A program made the position numbers and the translations under genes. From contig CAVUOW010000003.1 in assembly GCA_963743205.1 (NCBI GenBank), forward strand, positions 169,497 to 233,496: DNA of 64,000 nt, given 5' to 3'. Shown here one piece after another: positions 58,449-64,000 of this stretch. Source of the stretch: Candidatus Aminicenantes bacterium (lineage in GTDB: Bacteria; Acidobacteriota; Aminicenantia; Aminicenantales; Saccharicenantaceae). Position 1 is the first letter of the stretch. The number at the start of each line of letters is the position of its first letter. The notes beneath the pieces were generated by a model, which saw nothing but the letters and a program-made list of their open reading frames with translations, was not told the DNA's origin and searched no databases.

Positions 58449-60452
58449 TCAATCCCCGATCGCGACGGCGTAGAGATACCAGGCGGCGTGGGGGAGCCAC
58501 TGCTCGGCCCAGCGCCAATCGTCGTCCTTGCCCGTCTGGGCGTAGCGCAGGCCGAAGTCGATGCCCGTATCGTCCGTGTAGCCGCCCGTGATGCCGTTGC
58601 AGATGCCGCCCGGCGCGTTCGTGTACTCGTAGGATTCGAAGAAGATGTAGGGGATGTTGTTGCGGCCGTGGCCGTGGAGCATGCAGGCGTCGTAGGGGTT
58701 GAGGCCGAGGATCCAGTTGAGCTGATCGCGGCCGAAGGCGCGGAGGGAGGAGGCGAGGGCGCGATCGGAGTCGCTGGGGCTCTGGGCGAAGGCGAGGGCC
58801 GCGAGGCGGGCGGCGGCGGCCATCGACCCGAGCCGGGCGTTCTCGCCCTGCCACCAGGGCGCGGTCTCGGTGTCGTGGGGGAAGAAGAAGCTCGTGCGGC
58901 GGGTCGACGCGCCGTCCTTCGACTGGACGAGCTGACGGCTGTAGCCGAAGGGGTTCGCGACCTCGGCGGTCACGGCGAGCTCGAAAGCGAGGGACTTGCG
59001 GACGGCGTCGAGGGCCTTCGCGCGGCCCGCCTCGTCGGCGATCTCGGAGTAGAGGAGGAGGCTGACGACGGGCATGCCGGCGTCGACGGGGTGGAAGAAG
59101 GGGCGATCGCCGCCTTCGCCGTCGGCGCGCCAGTAATTCTCGTAGACGGTAGTCGCTCTTCCATGAAACCAATCTCGCCTCGAGCGACGCGGCCCGCTTG
59201 TCCGCGGCCATCTCTGTAAACCGGCTTCTTCGTCGTCCTGATAAAGCTCCGTCGCCGCGATGAGCGCGCAATAATCGTCGAGGATGTTCTCCTTGCCGTC
59301 GTTCGTGAAGAGGAGGTTGTTCTTCTCGAGGAAGGCGAAGGCGTCCTCGGCGGCCTTGAGATAGTCCGCGGCCTTGAAATCGCCCTCGCCCCGGCTCACG
59401 CCGTAGCCAGGGGTCCCGGGCGCGCCATCCGCCCCGCCGCGCGCCGCGGCCATGGCCAGCGCGGCGATGCAGAGGCCGGCGCCCTCCCGATATCCGGCCT
59501 CGTAGGCCGCGTCGCCGGCGATCTTCTCCCGGCCGTAGTCGCGGAACTTGTCCTTCGTCTCCGGCGTCAGGATGATGTGGCGCTCGGCCTTCGGGGTGAT
59601 CTGGCGGTCCTCGGGCTTCTTCTCCGGGCCGCGCCCCGAGACGGTGATGTAGAACGACCCCTTCGGGTTCTTGCTCCGGACGAGGTAATCGGCGCCGAAC
59701 AGGGCCTCGTCGAGGAGCCGCTTCTGATACTGCTTGAAGTTGGGGTCGCCGCGCCGCTCGATCTCCCGGAGGGTCTGGAAGAGGCTCCAGGCCGTGAGCG
59801 AGACCTGCTGGGGATTGAAATAGGACGAGTAGGAAAGGTGCGAGAGGTGCTTGCCGTAGTCCCCGGTGGCGTCGAACCAGCCGCCGTGCATGTCGACGGT
59901 GCCGGCCTTCCCCTCGAAGGTCAGCTTGCGGTCGGCCTTGTCCCAGAGGCCGGATGAGCGCTGGCCCTTGAAGTAATAGATGACGTCGGAAAGCGTGTTC
60001 CGGGTGAGCGCGTTCTTCTGGACGAGGATGGGGTGGGAGCGGAGGGTAGCGCTGCCGCAGTAGCGCAGCCGCAGCTGCCAGCCGCGCCTGCCTTCGACGC
60101 GCATTCGATGATGTAGGTGCCCTCCTTTGTCGACTGCGCTCCAATCGATCGTCCAGAAATCCCAATCCTTCCACTTGGCGACCGGCCCGACGTGGACCGG
60201 GGTCCCGGTCAGGACGACCTCGCCGCCGGGATAGCTCTTGACGGCGAAAGCCGCGAACGCGTCGCCGGCATGACCTTGGATGACGGCCTTCTTCGCGCCC
60301 GTCGGCTCATACCCGACCTGGTTGGTCAGGATGCGGGCCGGTTGCGACCTGGGGCTTGGCATTCTATCTGACTGCCGGGGACCACACGCCCGATGACGAT
60401 AAGGGAAAGCCCAATGGCGACAATCGAAATGGCAGCCGTCTTCTTGAGACAT
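58449..60452 (-). pseudogene. GH9-like glycoside hydrolase (CelD_N Ig-like domain + alpha/alpha-barrel), multiple frame breaks
   Basis: ATG 60452 has GAGGAGG upstream. The signal/TM sequence KTAAISIVAIGLSLIVIGRVV is readable only in another frame. ILTNQVGYEPTGAKKAVIQG (CelD_N-like), HGGWFDATGDYGKH and NGITGG...WAEQWLPHAAWYLYAV. Further frame hops near 60090-60125 (EGTYIIECA) and 59130-59230 (TTKKPVY / EMAADKRAASLEARLVSWKSDY). Confidence 0.55.
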
Positions 60453-60562
60453 CAGGACCTCCTCGGGGATCTGGGAAGAGGGGTCAACACGTGTTTGTTT
60501 GTGCCGTTTTTGACGATAAGCACAAAAAACAGGTTTGACCCCTTCTTGCTCTTCCCTTGGCT

Positions 60563-62018
60563 TTATTTTTTGGCTTCGAATAGCGTCCAGGGGTAAGCCT
60601 TCATGTCCTTCAGGTACGGCTTCTGCCAAGCGTACTCTGGGTGCTTGGCCAGGAAATCCGCCGCTATGAAATCACGTCCGCACGGGTGACCCATGTGGGC
60701 CCACATCTTCATCTCTTTGACCAGCGCGCTCGACGTCACTTTCCCCTGGACCGACCCTGCCGGAGAGAACGGCGCCCAGTTGAACTCGGGCGTCCCTTTG
60801 GGATCCTCGTCGACGTGGCCGCAGAGCACGTTGCTGTTGAATCCCGTCTTGCCGGTGGCCAAGTCGACGTGGTCGGCCTCGAAGAGCTTCCCGTCCTCGA
60901 CGTCGATGTAGCCCTTGTATTCCTCCATCAGCTGTTCCCAGCGCGCCTTCCTCACCAGCACGGACTGCGTCTTGTCGTTCGGATTGAATGTCGTCTCCTC
61001 GGCGATGACCTTTTCGTCGCCGGGGAAGTTCGATCCGATGAAATAGCCGTCCGTCGTCCGCCACAGCCTCTGGTTCTTCAGCCCCAGCTCGTACTTGGCG
61101 ATCTCGCCCGTCTTCGTGTCGCCGACGAGCCAATCGTTGGCGTAGGCGCCGTTGTTGTCGGCGGTCATGATGCGGACGAAGTCGTCGATCGACGCCGCGT
61201 ACTGGGCCGCTTTCCTCGCCCGCATGAACTCGGGCGTGCCCTCCTCGCGGAAGCCCTTGAACGTGCCCATGGTCGTTTCCGTGTAGACGAGGCCCGCGCT
61301 GTTCATGACGAAGTCGTCGCCGCTGTGGATGGCCCCAGGCATGCAGTCCATCAGGATCCGATGACCTGCCGCCGGTACGATGTCGGCGATGACATTCCAG
61401 CGCGACCCGATGATGTAATCGACCCAGTTGTTGTGGCCGATGACGATGCCGCCGCCCTCGGTCCAGCTCCCCGTGGCGATGAAGGCGCTGCAGTAGCCCG
61501 GCGCCTTGTTGTCGCCGGCGCCTTTCTTGGCCATCCCATCGAGGTAGGGGACATAGTACCAGGCGAGCTCGATCCAGCCGTTGAGGGCCGTGATATCGAT
61601 GCGGTCGTATTTCGTCCGTGGGAGCCGCGCGCGGAGCCCCGCGGCGATGCCCTCGATCTCCTCTTGGTATTCCGCCTCGAGCTTCGGCCAGAACATCCGC
61701 TCGGCAGCGCCCCTGAAGAACGCCCAGTCGCGTTTCGTCGAGCCCTTCGAGAAAGTGGGCGAGCGCCTTCAGCAGGTCGTCGATTTCTGGCGCGAGCAGC
61801 CACCCATGCTGGAAGCCGATCTCCCGCGGCGTCCCTTCGAGATGAACCTTGATCCAGCCGTTGGTGTCGACTCGCGTCGCCTTGGCGAGTTCCGTCGGAG
61901 CCGCGGCGGGCGCGGCTGCCTTCTTCGAGCAGGCAGGGGAGAGGAAGATGAGAACCAGGGTAGACAGGGCAATCAGCCCGGTGAGCACTTTCGTTCGGGC
62001 GCGGGGCCTTAAGTTCAT
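60563..62018 (-). CDS. Ntn-hydrolase-like secreted protein (C45 peptidase / phospholipase-B-like), frame break
   Basis: ATG 62018 gives MNLRPRARTKVLTGLIALSTLVLIFLSPACS (lipobox-like). ...GFQHGWLLAPEIDDLLKALAHFLEG then continues as STKRDWAFFRGAAERMFWPKLEAEYQ in the 377-aa ORF frame (break ~61735-61750). Candidate nucleophile context GYCSAFIATG. Confidence 0.45.
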
Positions 62019-62107
62019 GGTCGCCTCCGATCGAACTGGGCGCCTTTTAGGAGCGCGGGCGCCAGGCGGAGGATATAACGGACTTGACTCCAATTCAAGC
62101 GCGGGTG

Positions 62108-62213
62108 ATTTGGCGTTTATAGCCCCAAAAACACCATAATTAGGCCAATTTAGGCCATTGAAACGACCTTAAGTCATTGATTTTTTAAAGAGAAGCTGTG
62201 GTCCGACCCCATT
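62108..62213 (-). repeat. family-B singlet arm B11
   Basis: GCGTTTATAGCCCCAAAAACACC...GGCCAATTTAGGCC...AAGCTGTGGTCCGACCCCATT, followed by a perfect 15-nt tandem duplication GACCCCATTACTCAG x2 (62205-62234). Confidence 0.8.
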
Positions 62214-62226
62214 ACTCAGGACCCCA

Positions 62227-64000
62227 TTACTCAGCTTTGGAGTAGCTGTAGTATTCGCGGGCGTAGTAGCCGTCCTGCTCGACGAGATCGACACCGTTCA
62301 GGATGACACCAAGGCATTTCAGCTTGTGGGCGTCGAGCTTCTGCTTGGCCTGCTTGATGGCCTGGAATCGGAGTTTGCCCGCCCCTCGCGACCAGGATGA
62401 TCGCGTCGGCCATCGGACCCATGGCCAGCGCATCGGATACCGCCAAGAGCGGCGGCGTATCGAATAGGATGAAATCGAAGTTGCGCTTGAGATACCCGAC
62501 GAGGCTATCCATCTTCTCGGAAGTCAGAAGCTCGATCGGATTGGCCGGCAGGGGACCGCTCGTGATCAAATGCAAGTTCGGGATATCGGTAGGTTTCACG
62601 ACCTCGGCGGCTTCCATATTCGAGCTGAGATATCGGCTCAAGCCCGGTCCGTCGCCGCTATTTGCGCCGAAGATCTTTGCCTGTTTGGGTTTTCGAAGGT
62701 CGGAATCCACGATAACGACACGCTTGCCCGATTCTGCCAAGGTTATTGCCATGTTGGAAACCGTGGAGGACTTGCCTTCCCGGGCAAGCGGGCTCGTGAA
62801 GAGGATAGTCTTGATCCGGCCCGGAGGCGAAGATACGAGCAGGGTCGTCCGGATGGACCGGTAGCTCTCGGCCTGGATCGATTGGGGTTCCCTGGCGGCG
62901 ATGAGCTCGATCTTGCCCGCCCCGATTTCGTTTTCTGCCGGATTCTCCGCTTGCCCAGTCTGGCGTGATCAATTGGACGGATCGCTGTCCTTCTTCCGTC
63001 CGCCTGCTATCTGGCTTTTTTCTGCTCACTCTTTCCGCGAATCATGGAGATCATCTTTGCGAATTCCGCAATCGGGCCCTTCGACTTGAATTCGGCTTCG
63101 AACGCCGGGACCGTTCCAAGCGTCGGGACGCCGATGGAATTCGTGACGTCTTTTGAGGTCTTGACGGTGTTGTTCAGGAATTCCAAGCCCTAAGGCAAGC
63201 CCGATCCCTCCTGCCAGGCCAAAAATAAGCCCATCAGGACGTTCTTCCGCTTATTCGGCGATGCCGGGCGCAGGGGATAGTCCGCCTTGTCGACGATCCA
63301 GACGTTCAAAGCTTCCAGGCCCTTGAGCCGCGAGGATACGTCGGTTTCGCTCTGCCTCTTCGACAGGGATTCGAGCAATGCCTTCTGATTGTCGAGCTCG
63401 ATCCTCAGGCTGTTGATAGACGACCGAGTTGCTGTTGGCCTTGTAGGCCTCGTTCTTCTGGGTATTCAGAAGACGCTGAAGGGACTGTTCCTTGTTCAGG
63501 GCGTTTTGATAGTCGTTGTAGGCGTTCCGGATAAGGTTCTGGGTTTCGTTCTTGAGAGCTTCGGTGGCCGCGTCGAGCTCGATTTCAGGCGCTGCATGGC
63601 TCGGGATATTCCGGCCGGACGGTCGCCAGCCGGGTCGCGTATTCACGGCTCAGAGTGATGTATTGCTCCCTTAAGCGCTGGATGAGACTTCCTTCGGGGG
63701 CGTTGGGGATCTCCCCGAGGGGCGCCGCTCTTGAGCTGGTTATAAACATTGAGCTTGCTGACCCGGTCGAGAGTCGCGTCCGTCAGCGCCTTATTGATTT
63801 CCCCTATCCTGCTGACGGTCGGGGCCTCCGCAGCCGTCAGGGGCAGGATATCCTTTTCCGAGCCGTACTTGTTGAGCTCCTTTTCTTTCTCCTCGATTCT
63901 GGTCCTGAGCTCGGCGATCTGGGTGTTCAGGAATTCCGTGGCCTGCTCCGACGCGGCGTATCTCTTGCGGACGATCATGTCGATATAGCCATCGAAGAGG
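62227..64000 (-). pseudogene. Wzc/EpsB-type polysaccharide co-polymerase + BY tyrosine kinase (5' end outside window), several frame breaks
   Basis: Read across frames on the minus strand: ...RKRYAASEQATEFLNTQIAELRTRIEEKEKELNKY... (coiled-coil PCP region), then ...IELIAAREPQSIQAESYRSIRTTLL...SPLAREGKSSTVSNMAITLAESGKRVVIVDSDLRKP...ILFDTPPLL... The Tyr-rich tail is EQDGYYAREYYSYSKAE*. Breaks occur near 62390 and at several points between 62850 and 63720. Confidence 0.7.

Noticed and set aside
37343-62234. Could the recurring GGGGTCGGACCACAGC 16-mers be a CRISPR array?
   Set aside because: The repeats occur in inverted pairs, are kilobases apart with genes between them, have extended homologous flanks (~100 nt), and no cas genes are present.
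1-64000. tRNA, rRNA or other structured RNA genes
   Set aside because: None was recognised by eye in any intergenic gap. All sizeable gaps are accounted for by promoters, leaders or the repeat families. A tRNAscan/Infernal run would be needed for certainty.

Overview
GC-rich bacterial chromosomal segment. I infer an Acidobacteriota-like origin from a VWFA protein of the acidobacterial type, tricorn-like and CBM9/DUF5916-type proteins, and many secreted glycosidases. No database search was possible, so every product name comes from motifs read in the translations. I support about 35 protein-coding genes. They include a kinase/TPR sensor (5' end cut by the window), a roughly 11.4-kb giant surface-protein gene split by one frame break, and a MATE-like transporter. 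Also present are a tricorn-like S41 protease, two FadL-type outer-membrane paralogs, a VWA protein and a GH38 mannosidase. Lipid and cofactor genes include plsC, a lipid kinase, and a two-subunit xanthine-dehydrogenase-family enzyme. Further genes are an amidase, a GH36-like enzyme, an ABC ATPase/permease pair, TerC, a dsrE-tusE/dsrC-sqr sulfur cluster, tag and an MFS transporter. The right part holds a DUF5916/CBM9 protein, a URO-D-family protein, an HTH-TPR regulator, a GH9-like enzyme, an Ntn-hydrolase-like protein and a Wzc-type tyrosine kinase (5' end cut by the window). I found no rRNA, tRNA or CRISPR. The most interesting content is non-coding. (1) Between 37 and 62 kb almost every gap between transcription units holds a copy of one AT-rich element family, 18 arms of about 100 nt in total. 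Every arm begins with the invariant GGGGTCGGACCACAGC. The single long copy (47979-49031) encodes an intact Y1/HUH RAYT/IS200-like transposase. This looks like a RAYT plus REPIN/MITE-type system with unusually long arms. (2) A second palindromic family has 28-nt perfect arms (GGTGACACACAACTAAATACACTTAATT) and unrelated loops. It occurs three times between 16 and 29 kb, twice exactly filling convergent gene gaps. (3) The giant protein carries an array of NPNIV pentapeptide repeats. (4) Many otherwise intact genes carry 1-nt frame breaks, distributed very unevenly, so either the consensus has indel errors or the genes are decaying. Ends of non-coding elements are good to about +/-2 nt.
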